Shown in pieces: positions 13,842 through 34,206 of a DNA stretch of 64,000 nt. The stretch is from positions 248,001 to 312,000 of the forward strand of contig OZ218955.1 of the NCBI GenBank assembly GCA_965112735.1, in the 5' to 3' direction. Position 1 is the stretch's first letter. Each line of letters starts with the position of its first letter. A model generated the notes under the pieces. The model was not told the origin of the DNA. It ran no database searches and saw only the letters and a list, made by a program, of their open reading frames with translations. Made by a program: the position numbers and the translations under genes. Origin of the DNA: Phaeosaccion multiseriatum. Taxonomy: Eukaryota > Protista > Ochrophyta, other classes.

Positions 13842-13922
13842 TGCCCACGCCACGTACTCATTCTTGCGCTCACCCATCCACCCACCCACTCCGTTATACC
13901 TATAATAACTCTCGCACTCACC

Positions 13923-16585
<2,663 letters not shown>

Positions 16586-16809
16586 GGCTCGGCTACACCC
16601 TCTCTCTCTAATGCGTTGGGGGAGCTGAGTAATAAAGCGGCGCGCTAGGTCTCGAGGGCGCGCTAGGGAGGATAGGTTGTTTTGCCAAGCCCTCCGTTAT
16701 GTAGTCTTACGTAAGCTTAGGAACGGTTAGAGAGACACAAAATCGACACCCGAATAGATGCAGAGGGGAGAAAAAAAGGGAGTAGAGAAGAGGGGAAAAG
16801 AAGAGGAAT

Positions 16810-18025
16810 ATGGAGGGGAAGGACGAGACAATCACTGCAAACTCACTAGCCGAGGGACTCGGGATCAGCGGCAGTAGGGGCAGTCGTGGTCGAAAGCGAG
16901 GGAGACGCTCAGCGGGACTTGGATCCCAAGGACGACCGACCAGATTGCTCGGTACTGGTGCGATACTGGCGCTTCTCTCCTCCCTGGGCACTCCCTCAAG
17001 TGGAGGAGGAGGCGCAGGAGTCATGGCCGATCCAGTGCTCTCTGGTATGGAGACGAGGGCGCTCGAATGTGAGTGTCCACGGCAGCAGCAAGTCCAGGAG
17101 CTTATTTCTTGGCTTCTCCTTCCTATCGTCATTGCAGAGCGCCCAACCAGCCCCTCTTGTTGCATGGATACTACTACTAGTCTACCCCCCCCCCCCCTAA
17201 TCCCGGGCGGCTTCCGAACGATTGTCTCCACTCTGGCTGGTCCACCCTCCTCCATCCTCCCCTAGACATGTACTACAACAACAAGAACAGATTCGCCCCG
17301 TCCTTCATCGTCCCTGAGGACCAACCAAGAGCCGTGACCTCTGGTCTTTCCATCACTCAGACCGGCGCTACGCACAACGACTACCTCACCTCGGCGCTGG
17401 TGGAGGTCGTTGCGGCCTCTCCCGAGCCCAAGAAGGGCTCCTTGAGGTTCACGGATGTGACGGTGGAGTCCACGGGAGGAACGTTAAAGGGCGTTTACCT
17501 CGAGTAAGTCTGAAGAAAATTCAGGGAATCTTGGTGCCGATGCCAGCGGCACGCCTGGACTCTCCCTCCCTCACGCTTCTTTCTCGATGCCTGGATGGTG
17601 CTCATATCGCTTGACCCTCCAGGTACAATGGGTTGCTAACCATCAGGGGAAACGCCACTCTGGCCGAGTATGAAGCGGCCCTCCATTCTGTGGAGTACGA
17701 GGCGCCTGCGAGCTACACCATTTGGGACGACTACAACACGCATAGGAAGGTAGGTGTGCGGTGTGGGGGTGTTGCAGGGCACCTACCCGACGTTTCGCTT
17801 GTTCCGCTCCCCTCTCTCCCCTTGGAGGGGCATTCGTTGCCTCTCTCCTTGGCTCTGTGGCGGCCTCCTGTTTGCCTGGTCGCCGCTGCGAGCCGTGGCT
17901 CCGTTTAGCCATGCACCCCTCCCTTCCTCCTCCCCCCCTCCCCCCCTTCCTCTCTCTCCCCCCCTTCCTCTCCCTCTCTCTCTTTCTCTCTCTCCCTCTC
18001 TTTCTCTCTTTCTCTCTCCCTCTCC

Positions 18026-18056
<31 letters not shown>

Positions 18057-18212
18057 CCTCTCTTTCTCTCCCTCTCTCTCTCCCTCTCTCTTTCTCTCCC
18101 TCTCTCCCTCTCTTTCTCTCTCTCCCTCTCCCTCTCTTTCTCTCTTTCTCTCTTTCTCTCTCTCCCTCTCCCTCTCTTTCTCCCTCTCTTTCTCTCTCTC
18201 TTCCTCTCCCTC

Positions 18213-18294
<82 letters not shown>

Positions 18295-18854
18295 CTTTGT
18301 TATGCCTACTTTCTCCCCTGATGATGATGAAGTGTGATCGGGAATGTACGAACCTCCTCCTCTGCCAGCATCCCCACAACACCGCCAAAGCATGGTCATT
18401 TATCCCCGCCTTGTTGCACTCCCCATCCACTGCCCATTCCCCCCTCAGAACGTAACGTTCACTGTGATCAACTCCGACGACGTTTACAGCAACATCGTCA
18501 CGCGCCCCATCTTGCTCCGGTCAGTGAGAGGTGTATGGGCAATCAGCACAGTCCGTTCGTCTGCCCGTTCACTGCCATCCTCTGTCGCTCGGGCTGGTCT
18601 CTCTGGTTGGGGTGCTTGTATACTTCACCAGCAGCCCGCTCTCATTCCTTCTCCTCCTCCTCTCTCTCTCTCTCTCCTGCTTTCGAGCAAAGCGAGGGTG
18701 GGCGTCTCCTGTCCCACTCCCTTCCTCACCCCTCTACTGATCGCGCCCCCCTCCCTCTCCCACCCTAAACCTCGACAAAAGGACTTCTGCCCGCGTGTGC
18801 ACCGACAGGTCAGCGTGCTACATCGGCTATCCCGCAATATTCGGGGCTATGTAA
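16810..18854 (+). CDS. Probable secreted/surface protein with one adhesin/cadherin-like repeat (exons ~16810-17044, 17266-17503, 17623-17749, 18449-18518, 18782-18854)
   Basis: Hydrophobic LLGTGAILALLSSLG; in-frame GT-AG joins; LTIRGNATLAEYEAALHSVEY...NVTFTVINSDDVYSN resembles repeats of large bacterial surface proteins. The last exon is tentative. Confidence 0.6.
17918..18291. repeat. (TC)n/(TCTT/TCCC) polypyrimidine microsatellite in intron
   Basis: About 370 bp almost purely of C and T. Confidence 0.95.
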
Positions 18855-19262
18855 GAGTACGTAAGACAACAGAGTCCGTCGAATGCGGGGAGGGAGCCCA
18901 GCCACACGCAGTTCCTGTGGTAGAAGTAGTAGGCAACGGATGACACGAGAAAGTATGCTGGCATGTTGGTTCTACGGTTGGATGGGCTCAAAGCTAGTGG
19001 TAGCTGTGCCGACAAGTCAAGCCCTCGCCTCCCTGTTGTTACTCCAATAAAAGTACATTGTACATACCCCTCAGTAAATATCGCCTCAATGTACAAAAGC
19101 TTACGAGTTCAACCTCTCTCTCTCCCCGTGACGATGTCTATCACTTCCCATAACAAGCTCTCTTCCTCTCCCTGTCACGAGAAGGAGGGTGGAGACTGGT
19201 AAGGCCGTCTTTGGCTTGTTGCTCTGTGGTCTCACTCTGCTTGGCCGTGGACTGCCCCGTAG

Positions 19263-19453
19263 CTACCCTCGCTCCTCCCCCATCTTTTCCTCTTGTGTTG
19301 TTCTTACGACTGTTCGGCAGTACTGCTTACGCCTGGGCTTGGGGGCGCTGCTGGCCGCAAGGTGGGCTCCCTCGTCTGCCGGTAGGCCCAACAGGCGGCA
19401 CACGGCGTTGCACTCGTGCGTTTGGAAGAACTTACTCACTGGACGGGAGAGAA

Positions 19454-19523
<70 letters not shown>

Positions 19524-19928
19524 TGTGTGTGTGCGTGTGTGTGCGGGCGTGGTGCGTATGTGAGGGGGAGAGTGTGCGTGCATATGCGGGTGTGGCTGTG
19601 TGTGCGCGCGTGTGGGTGTGCGCGTGCGTAATACGTAGGGTACACATGCTTGCACACACCGGCACCCTTTTTCCTTCTTCCTCACCTCCTTTGGGCCCGT
19701 GGTCAGTCCTTCCAAACCTGTTCTTCCGCCCCGAGCTGGACACGTAATGGATGACCGGGTCCGTGAGCTCGAACAGCGGCGGAGAGGCGGACTCGTCCAA
19801 CACGCCCTGCAGGTCGCACACGAGCAACTTCCTCCTGCTCTCGCGGTACGAGAAGTGCGAGAAGGCCTGCGGGAAGTCCTCGAGCTTCACCGCGGCCGCT
19901 CCTCCTCCTCCTCCTCCTCCTCCGCCTC

Positions 19929-19974
<46 letters not shown>

Positions 19975-20588
19975 GTTTTGCTTAACGTCTTTACCATGGG
20001 CGCCGTCGTGGCGGTGGGAGTCTTGTTCCTCATCCTCTGAGGAGTCTTCTTCCTCCTCAGAGTCTTCTTCTGCCAGCGGAGCGAGATGATGCTGCTGCTG
20101 CCTCTCCTGCTGCTGCTCCTGCTGCGCATTGGTCGATATTGCGGGCCGTCGCCTCTGCGGCCCTCCAGTGCCGATGTGGAGACTCTCCAGCAGTGCTGCG
20201 AGGTCCACAGGTTCCCGAGGGGGCGGTGCAGTCCCCAAGACAAAGCCGTGGTTGGAGTTCCATTTTACGTACCTGTCCACATCCAGCCTCTTCTCGGCTA
20301 GTACACCACGCTCGTAACTGTGGAAGGAGTCGAGGGGGCAGCAAGGAACAGAGTGCACGCAATCAGTTGGGTTCACGATTACGAGTCCCTTCCTGTCTCA
20401 GAGCGAGATAAGCTCAGTTGAAACGTGTGTGCTGACTTACTTGGTGTTGGGGTCAGTGAAGACGTAGACACTCGGCTCCAGAAACGTGACGTGAGCCCTG
20501 CCCTGAGCCCCACCTTGAACAGGAAACCTGAGATCAATCTTGATCGATGGTGGGGGACCGTGAGGGCACGCGCGCGCTTGCATGAGTT

Positions 20589-20670
<82 letters not shown>

Positions 20671-22445
20671 TGTGTGCGTGTGTATGTGTGTGCGCGCGTG
20701 TGCGTGTACATGTACCTGTCGGTTAAACTTCTGCGCGAGGGTGCGCGACCGCTGCTGCGTGTCGCAGAATTTCACGTGGAAGCGCAGCTTGGCCTTCTCC
20801 TCCTCGACATATTTGCTTTCCTTCCCCACCATGTCGGGGCCCACAAGCGCGAAGCGGCCGTGCACGTGGCTGAGCTGGCATGTGGCTGGACATGGGGCTA
20901 TCTCCCTGAGCTGAAAGACGATTCGCTCGCAGCCCTCGCCGATGCTCTTGACGCGCATCGCCACACCGCTCGCCGCCGGGCTCAGCAGCGGCTCATACAC
21001 CCACTCGCCTTTCTTCCTCCTCCGCGCCCTGCTTCTCGTCCGCCCGGGCTCCCCACTGGACGTCGCCGCTGCCGCCGATGATGGCGTCCAGACAGCACGA
21101 GATACATGACCGACAAACACTCTCCACCCTGTGTCCTCCGACACAATGGAGCAGCAGGGGAGGGAAGCCATCGCGCTTGAAACGAGGCGACCTCGGTTCG
21201 ACGTGTTCAGGGAAGGCGAAAGGCATGAAGCATGCTGCGCTTCCCTCTCGACCACCCGAGCGGGCCCCCTTCGACTTGGCTCCCCTCCGTCCCTCGCCGT
21301 CATCTGAGTCCGTGTCTCAGACAGATTGGCGCTCAGCTTGCTCACCACCGAACTGAGGGTGGTGGCGCAGAGCTCGGCGTGATTGAAGCTCCCCTTGCTT
21401 CCATTGGCCGAGGCGGCATCGGCCATTCTTTGCAGCAAGCTGACATCGCACTGCTTCGTGTTGGCAAAAGCGATGGTGGCCAGCTGCAGTCTCTCGCGAA
21501 AGGTGCTGGCAACTTCCCCAGTGAGATGCTCGATATCCTCCAAGACATTCGCTCGCGTGCCCCATCGAGGAGCTTTGTCGCTAGGACTTCAAATCAGAGC
21601 CAATCAAGCACACGTGACAACAAATGAGTGTGAGTGAGTGAACACATTTGATGAGGAGATGGTTACGAATGCCTTGTCGTCGCTTATCCGTCCTTCCCCC
21701 CCTCATACCTGCCGTCCGACAGGAAGACGAGCAGGAGCGAGCAGCTCCGACTATACTTGCCAGGGCCCCTGCTGAGGAGACGCTTAGCTGCGCGAAGGGC
21801 CGGCAAGAAGTTGCCTCCGTGGGAAGGCTTGGCGTCATCCATTCGCTCCAGAAGGCGATTGTAGAGCACGTTGGTGAGCGGCTCGCGATCGAAGATGGTG
21901 TAAGACTCCTCGTGCATCTCGATGAGGGAGACCACATCGGTGCCGCTGACCTGATGTGCGTCGAGTTGCTTCCCCAGAAGGTCGAGGGCGAGCGTCCCGT
22001 ACACAGCGTCCGATCTCGTCTTGTGGTTCTCCACGTCACAGGTCCTCATCGATCCGCTGGCGTCCACCACGAGCACAGTGTGGCTTGTACACATCTCCGG
22101 GTTCCTCAAGAGACCCTCCCTGAGGCGTTCATGAGCTATCTCGTCCGTTCGCGTCACAGGCACGCGGTGCATCTCCAGGGGGAGGACGTAAGAGGTGACC
22201 TCCTTGGTACTCGTGTGGTCCGTGATGTACACGATGTTGGCATGGGTGTACTTCCAGCGGGGAAAGCCTTCGGGGTCATCATGCCCCCTTGTCTTGCTCC
22301 CATACTTGACAGCAGCCCTCAAGTCCCGCTTCCCGATGTTTCGAGTCTGCCTGCGATCCCGCCCGTGAACGGAAGACAGCAGAATAGCGTCATCCAAGCT
22401 GCTGCTCGTGCTCATGTCGGTGTGGTGCGTATCTTCTTGAGACAC
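19263..22445 (-). CDS. Alpha-kinase (eEF2K/MHCK family) with vWA domain and N-terminal DUF4258-like domain, 5 exons
   Basis: v[15 protein letters not shown] and FLSDG. Alpha-kinase motifs [46 protein letters not shown] and [16 protein letters not shown]. All junctions are in frame. Confidence 0.9.
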
Positions 22446-23086
22446 ATATGAGGTCTGGAGGCGAAGGAAGAAAGGTCACCCAGCCACCACAGGTTTCAGT
22501 TGATTGATTCGGTCGAACATACGAGCAAAGCGAATAGTCATGCTTTAAAGGTACCGCCATGTGAAGCACGTAAATCGTATGATGGAGGCCAGGTCCGAGT
22601 GGTTTGTACTCGCTCGCTCACGCATACAGTCAGTCTGTATTATTATTATCAAGAGTCATCGGCCTTTCACGGTCATAAGCGAGATCCCTGCCCGGCCCCG
22701 CCGCTAGCGTGGTTGGGTGGGTGTGCACGGACAAGAATTAGGGAGGCAAAGCCGCAGCTTCGCTCCAGTTTTCTTGCGTTTCTTTGTCGGCACCGGTATG
22801 AGAAGTAAGGGACGACAGAGCAACGGATGAACAAAGATGAAGACGAACCGAGCTGCCGCATGATGCCTGCGTTGATTGGTTCTTACGCTCGTGCGTGGGC
22901 TGGGGGAGGGAGTGTGTGGGAACGAACGAAGCGCTGCGTCCATTCGAGGAAGGGAGCAGGAAGTAGCTAGACAGCGGGGGGGGAAAGAGACAAAGGTGGC
23001 ACGCTGTTTTTTTTAGCCGAGGTGAGCGGCTAAATGGTACTGCTTCATCAGGTGTCGTTGCTGCTGCTCCCCCTCGGCTGCTCATG

Positions 23087-28327
<5,241 letters not shown>

Positions 28328-28520
28328 GGTTGGTCCAGCCGCCAGCACACAAGAGCTAGGAGAGGGGACGAGAGGATAATCAGGTTAGACGGAGCTGCTT
28401 CACATGTTGGTACTACTCGATTCTGTGATTTTCTAACGGTTCGGCGAATGTGATGCATTGAATCCCGCCTCATTGGCAGCAGGAGCAGAAGCGTGGAGTT
28501 TGTCCCAAGAGGACGCTTCA

Positions 28521-31260
28521 ATGGTTTTGATGAGGGGCGGGGATAGTATGGTGTCGGCTTCAACGGCAGCCATTGCGCGGTCCTTGAGAATCTCAAGCAA
28601 CAATCCAGAGAAAAGATCGAACAGAGAGCCCCGATGCTTCGACGTCACGATGGCCTCCACGCTGTCAGACAGTAGCCTTAATAAAGAGGCCCTAGGAGGA
28701 TCCGCAGCAGGGGTGGCAGCAGGGGCAGCTGCAGGAGCAGCGCTCTCGCCGTCAAGCAGCAGTGCCGGCAGAGCAGAGAGATCCAACAGAGACCCGCGAT
28801 GTTTCGACGCCACAAGGGCCTCCACGCTTTCAGACAGTGGCCTTCACGTGGGGGGGCTAGGAGGAGCCGTAGCAGGGGCAGTAGGGGCAGCAGCACAGGC
28901 AGCAGCGCTCTCGCCCCGACGCCATCATTCCCCACCCCCCTCCCCACCCCATTCGCCATCCTTGCGATCCCTCTCGCGCTCTCCTCGCCCGCTCACGCCT
29001 CCCCTATCACCATTCGCCTCAGCTCGCGTCTTTTGGTCGTCTTCTCAAAGCTCTGCCTGTAATGCGGTATGGAGCAAGGTGTGGGATGAGTCACATCAAC
29101 ACTACTTTTTCACACACCCCGATTGGGGCTCGAGGTGGGCCGCCGAAGGTAAGAGTCGGACGGACAGACATGGAGAGGGTGAGAGGGAGGGATGTCGACA
29201 TCAGGGATACTGTCGAAGCTCTGACACTCACAATGAGATGATGCTCATCTCACACCCCCCCCAACCGACACTGCTTCATCCTTGAAACAGGGCCAGATTC
29301 AGAGTGGATGGAGGTGGAGGATCCTGACTCTGGACACATCTATCTTGAGCACTTCGAGACGGGTGAAACCAAGTGGAAAGAGTATCCGCAGATTGAGGAG
29401 GAGGACGACGAGGGAGAGGGCGATCGGTGGCGGGCCGCCAAGGAAGAGGGGGAGTCGTCAGCGTCACCACTCGGCTCCCCCACAGTCCACGGGGGGGTCT
29501 ACTTTTTCCCGGCCCGCAACGGCGAGGAGGAGGAAGAGGAGTGGGAGGAGGAGAGGAGGAAGGAGGGGGAGAGAGGTGAGGAGGAGGAGAGGGGCAGGGA
29601 GGGGGGGCAAGTAGATGACGGCAGCCAGAGCCCCGGGGGGCCGACGGTGTGGCTCACAATGACGGACGAGCAAACAGGGGAGGCGTTCTTCTACAATACA
29701 GGTGAGTGTGGGTGTGAGTGTGGGTGTGCGTGTGGGTGTGCGTGTGCGTGTGCGTGTGCGTGTGGGTGTGGGTGTGGGATGCGTGCAAAACTCGTCTGTG
29801 GTTGGTGCTGTAGCGCGAACGAGGGGTGCGTCATGGGAGACGTGATGGAAGTTTCGCTACATACTTCATCTGTCCTTTCTCACTCTCCGTCTATCTCTCC
29901 CTCTCCCTCTCCCTCTCCCTTTCACTCTCCCTCTCCCCCTCCACCTCGCCCTCTCTCCCTACCTCTCCCTCTCCCTCCCTCCCTCCCTCCCTCCCTCCCT
30001 CCCTCCCTCCCTCCCTCAGAGTCCGGTGCAAGTCAATGGGAGCTGCCTGAGTGGCTTGACTTCATCGACAGCGCCACAGGGAGTGTCTACTACCTCAACA
30101 CCCGCACCAATGAGAGCCAATGGGACTGCCCACCGGGATTCTCCTCCTCACACGTCCATCAGAAGGCCGAGACCGACTCGCTCAGCGGCTCAAACAGGTC
30201 CAACGAGTCCAGCATCGGCTCCACAATCGGGTCAAGCGCAGGGCCATTGTCAAGCATGTCGAGCGGCATGTCAAGCAGAGCCGCTCCACCCGCCAAGTCA
30301 TACAGCAGGCGGGATACTCACGCATGGGCCGCCTCAACACAGAGCTCTTTGTCGCCGAGAAGAGGCCCGGTCCCAACCCCTCTTCCACCACCCTCTCCGG
30401 TGCGGCGGTCGAATTCCTCCTCCGCCAGTGCAAGAGGGAGGGGAGGCTATGGCGGCCATGCGGGCAGCATATCACCAACTGCTACGGCTGGGGTGCGAGG
30501 GCGGCGCCTCTCCCCGGGGTGGCCGCCGAGCCGATCGCCCTCTCCAACGGTAGCAGGGGCAGGGTCAGGCACACGGTCGGGGAGGGCGAGCAGGTCTCCG
30601 AGTCTGCATAGGAAACCCGTCGGACAGAAGAGCATTCAGCAGCAGCAGGTGGGGATACAGCAGCAGGAGCAGGAGCAGCAGCGGCACTTTATGAATGGAT
30701 GGCAGCAGAGGGTTTCAGAGGCGAAGGACGACTCTGCCGGGCCAAGACGGACGAGCTGCAAGAGGCGGAGCAGCGAGAGTTGTAAGGAGATGGCACTCAA
30801 TGGCAGAGAGGAGGGGAGCAACCACCTGGCCCAGCAGAGAGCCTCGCCTTCCCCTTCCCCTTCCCCTTCCCCAGTCGCTGCTGCGAGAAGCCAGAGCTCC
30901 CGTACGATAACCGACAAGACAAACTTGGACCTGCCAGACACAAGTGCACTTGCTTCGACCGGCGGGGGGCGGCGACGGTGGCAGGACGGAAAGGAGGAGG
31001 AGGAGGAGGAGGAGGAAGAGGAAGAGGGAGGGCGGGGGGGGGGGGAGGAGGAGCAGGAGGAGGAGGAAGAGGAGCAGGAGGAGGAGCACGAGGAGGAAGG
31101 GGGGCCGCAGCGGGGAGAAGGTCGGAGAGGGAGACACATTGGAAGAGGGAGAAACCTGGGAAGAGGGAGGGATGCAGCCTCGGAGGGGAAGAGCGACACG
31201 GCATGGCCTGACGATGCTGCTGGTAGGACACAGATGGCAGTGGATGGACAGCTTTGCTGA
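28521..31260 (+). CDS. WW-domain protein (4 WW domains, Ser/Pro/Glu-rich linkers); start uncertain
   Basis: WSKVWDESHQHYFFTHPDWGSRW; WMEVEDPDSGHIYLEHFETGETKWKEYP; WLTMTDEQTGEAFFYNT|ESGASQWELP; WLDFIDSATGSVYYLNTRTNESQWDCP; introns at ~29149-29290 and ~29702-30019. Confidence 0.75.
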
Positions 31261-31636
31261 CGACACCCCTCCTGCTGGCAGCAGCAGCACCGTTGGTAAG
31301 GGAGGGCCAGAGGTGAAACCGTGGCTGAAACCGTAGCTGGTGCCGTGGATAGGCGGTGGGGGGCGGTGCAGTTGGCAGTGGGTGATCAGGTATTTGCTGC
31401 AGCTACCGAGAACGAGAGGCATCGATTTCCAACACCTCCCCTGAGGGTAGCAAGGGACCAATCTTGGCTCGAGTCAGCAGGTAGCGCGTAGATACTCGTA
31501 GATACTTCGTCAGGTACAAGAGTCGTTAGTTTTAATATTAGTAAGCAATTGAGCGAGAATAAGTGAGCGTCAAATTCCTGTCCATGCAGAAGCAATCGCT
31601 CCCCTCCCCCTCCCCCGCCAGGGGGCCTACGACGGC

Positions 31637-31725
31637 CGAGGAGGGAGGGAGTGAGGAAACGGTCGACGGTCGAGGAGGGAGGGAGTGAGGAAACGGTCGA
31701 GGAGGGAGGGAGTGAGAAACGGTCG
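31637..31725. repeat. ~27-bp tandem repeat x3 (cgaggagggagggagtgaggaaacggt), intergenic
   Basis: Three visible copies between convergent genes. Confidence 0.85.
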
Positions 31726-32473
31726 CCTTCCCCGCGCAGAGAGGCGGACGGCAGACAGACAGCTTTTGTCTCTGCTTACAATAGTCTCTTTTAGTAGTAG
31801 TCCTTGTATATAGATAGAGTCCTTGTAGTGTTATTATTATATCATATTAATCCATAATATATCGTCCCGCGGGGGGGCAAATGCGCTGCTCCGTCGCTCT
31901 CTCCATGTCCGTGTCTAATACGATGTCGAAACGACTGCTCTCCTCCTGCTCTGTCAGACTCAAAAACCCGTTCCTGCTCACTTACTCACGCTCGGGCCAT
32001 CAACAATACTACTCCGGCATACCCTTCGTTGGGTATCCGGAAAAGGACACCCCCAAACGCCCACACTTCCCTGGCTGAGGCCATGGGTGATGAGCACAGA
32101 TGCGCGTGCCTCCTCCCGTGCCTCCGCCCGTATGCCTCTATATGCGTCTAATAAGTATGCCTCCATACGCCTCCAGATCATCATCCCGTCATCCCCCGAC
32201 TACCTGCCGCAAGAGGCACAAGCATGCGTCATACACACAGCACCTCAAGTGCCTTCAAAACTCGTCTCGCCGCTGTCCCTCCTCCTCCTCCTCCTCCTCC
32301 CTCTCTCCCTCCCTTCTCATCCATACGCCTCTACTCTCCCTGCCTCCCCCTGCTTGACGTGCCAAGCAGAGTCTATAACGGGACCACCACTCCTCTCTTC
32401 ATCCCCTCTGCAGGCTTCGAAGCATCCTCACTTTTGATGCAGCTCGCCAACATCACCTACACTCAGCAGAGGC

Positions 32474-34173
32474 TTAGTTACCGAAGGAACCTCCCTTGAT
32501 GCTGTTAATGGCATCCGAAGCCACTCCAGCGATGGCCTTGTCCGTGGCCTTGGGGATGTAGTGATACTTGCCCCCTGCCGCAGCCGCAATCTCCTTCGCG
32601 ATACCCGTGGACACGAACTTGTTTTCGGTGTCCAGCATGACGAGATTGAAACCGCCCATGGCACGCAGAGCCTTGGCAGTGTTGAGCACCTGCGGATGGA
32701 TGGATGGATGGATGGAGGATGGATGGCAGCGGATGGGTGAGGAGAGCGACTGAGAAAGAGAGCTGCCGGTAGCTATGGCATGGAGGCGATTGGAGGCGAT
32801 TGGATGGTTGAGGAACCCCATAACCACAGAACTGAAGCAACGCACTTCCTTCCTTTCCTTCTCCCTCCACGCCCTGCCCCCCTCTCTTCCTTTCTTCGTT
32901 CCTATCTTCCCTTCCTTCCGCTCCTCCCTTCCCTTCCTCCCTTACCTCCTCCTTGAGGTCCTCCCTTGTGGGCTTATCCTCTGGGTCGATGGGATCTCCA
33001 CTCGCAACGGACAGCGGCACATTGGCCCGCCCATCACTAATGCACACCACAATCACTCGACCCACATCCCCGCTCTTCTGCGCGTTGACTCCCGTGCGTA
33101 CAGCCAGGTTGATGGCGTGTGCCAGAGGAGATCCTCCTCCACAGGGCATGGTCTCGAGCCTCTTTTTGGCCATGGCAATGGACTTGGTGGGAGGGAGGAG
33201 CACCTCGGCTCGGTCGCCTTGGAAGGGGATAAGGCAAATCTTGTCGCGTGACTGATAGGCTTCCTGCAATAGGCTCATTGCTGCACCCTTGGCGGCGTTC
33301 ATGCGGTTCAGAGCCATAGAGCCTGTGGTAGGGGTGGGGACGGGGGGGAACAGAACAGGGCTTAAGCAAGAGTCAAGCAAGTGTCACGACGAGGCGAGGC
33401 GAGGCGACGAGGCGATTCCCACCCACTCCTGCCCCACCCACCCACCTGAGGCGTCTACGCAGAAGATGATGAGACTTCCTGCCTTCCGCGCCATTTTCTT
33501 TGTGCGAACATCGGCCTGCTCGATGAACACCTTGCGCACGGACTGGGAAGGGAAGGGGTGGAGGGGGGACGGGGGGGGGGTTCAAAATACTGTTTACGAC
33601 TGACTGCCTTCCCATACGCCTGCCCGGCCCTCCGCCTGCCTGCTCACCTTCTCTGTGCCCGCGGCTCTCTCCCTGCGTGGCCTCTGGTAGGGTGCTGCGG
33701 CCCTCATGGTGGCGTCCACTGCCAGCCTGCGTACCTTGCCCTTGGGGAGCATGGGCTTGATGTACCTGGCAGGGTAGATGGCAGCAGATGGCAGCAGAGG
33801 GCAGAGGGCAGAGAAGGGGGCAAGGGAGGAGGAGTGAGACACCAGAGACTCAGGATAAGAAACAAAGGAAGGACGCACAAGGGCACACGCACAAGGGCAC
33901 ACACGCACGCACACACGCCCACCCACCTGCCCCTCTCCTCGCTGAAGATGAGCCCCCTGCCGCCGGACTTCCCGCTGTTGCTCTTGCCGGCGAAGTCCAG
34001 CAGCTCGGGGTCGATGGCGGTGGAGTCGATTGCGAACATGAACTCTTGCGGCACGGCGGGGGCTTCGTCCTCGTCCGGCTGATCCTGCTCAGGAGGGAAG
34101 TAGTGGTAGTAGTAGTAGTAGGAGGAGGAGGAGGAGGAGTAGTAGTAATAGTAGTAGGAAGAGGAGTAGTAGC

Positions 34174-34206
<33 letters not shown>

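Noticed and set aside
17754-18455. Leu/Ser- and Glu/Arg-rich ORFs
   Set aside because: Translations of a (TC)n microsatellite; the same applies to the many CV/HT/poly-X ORFs in the track.
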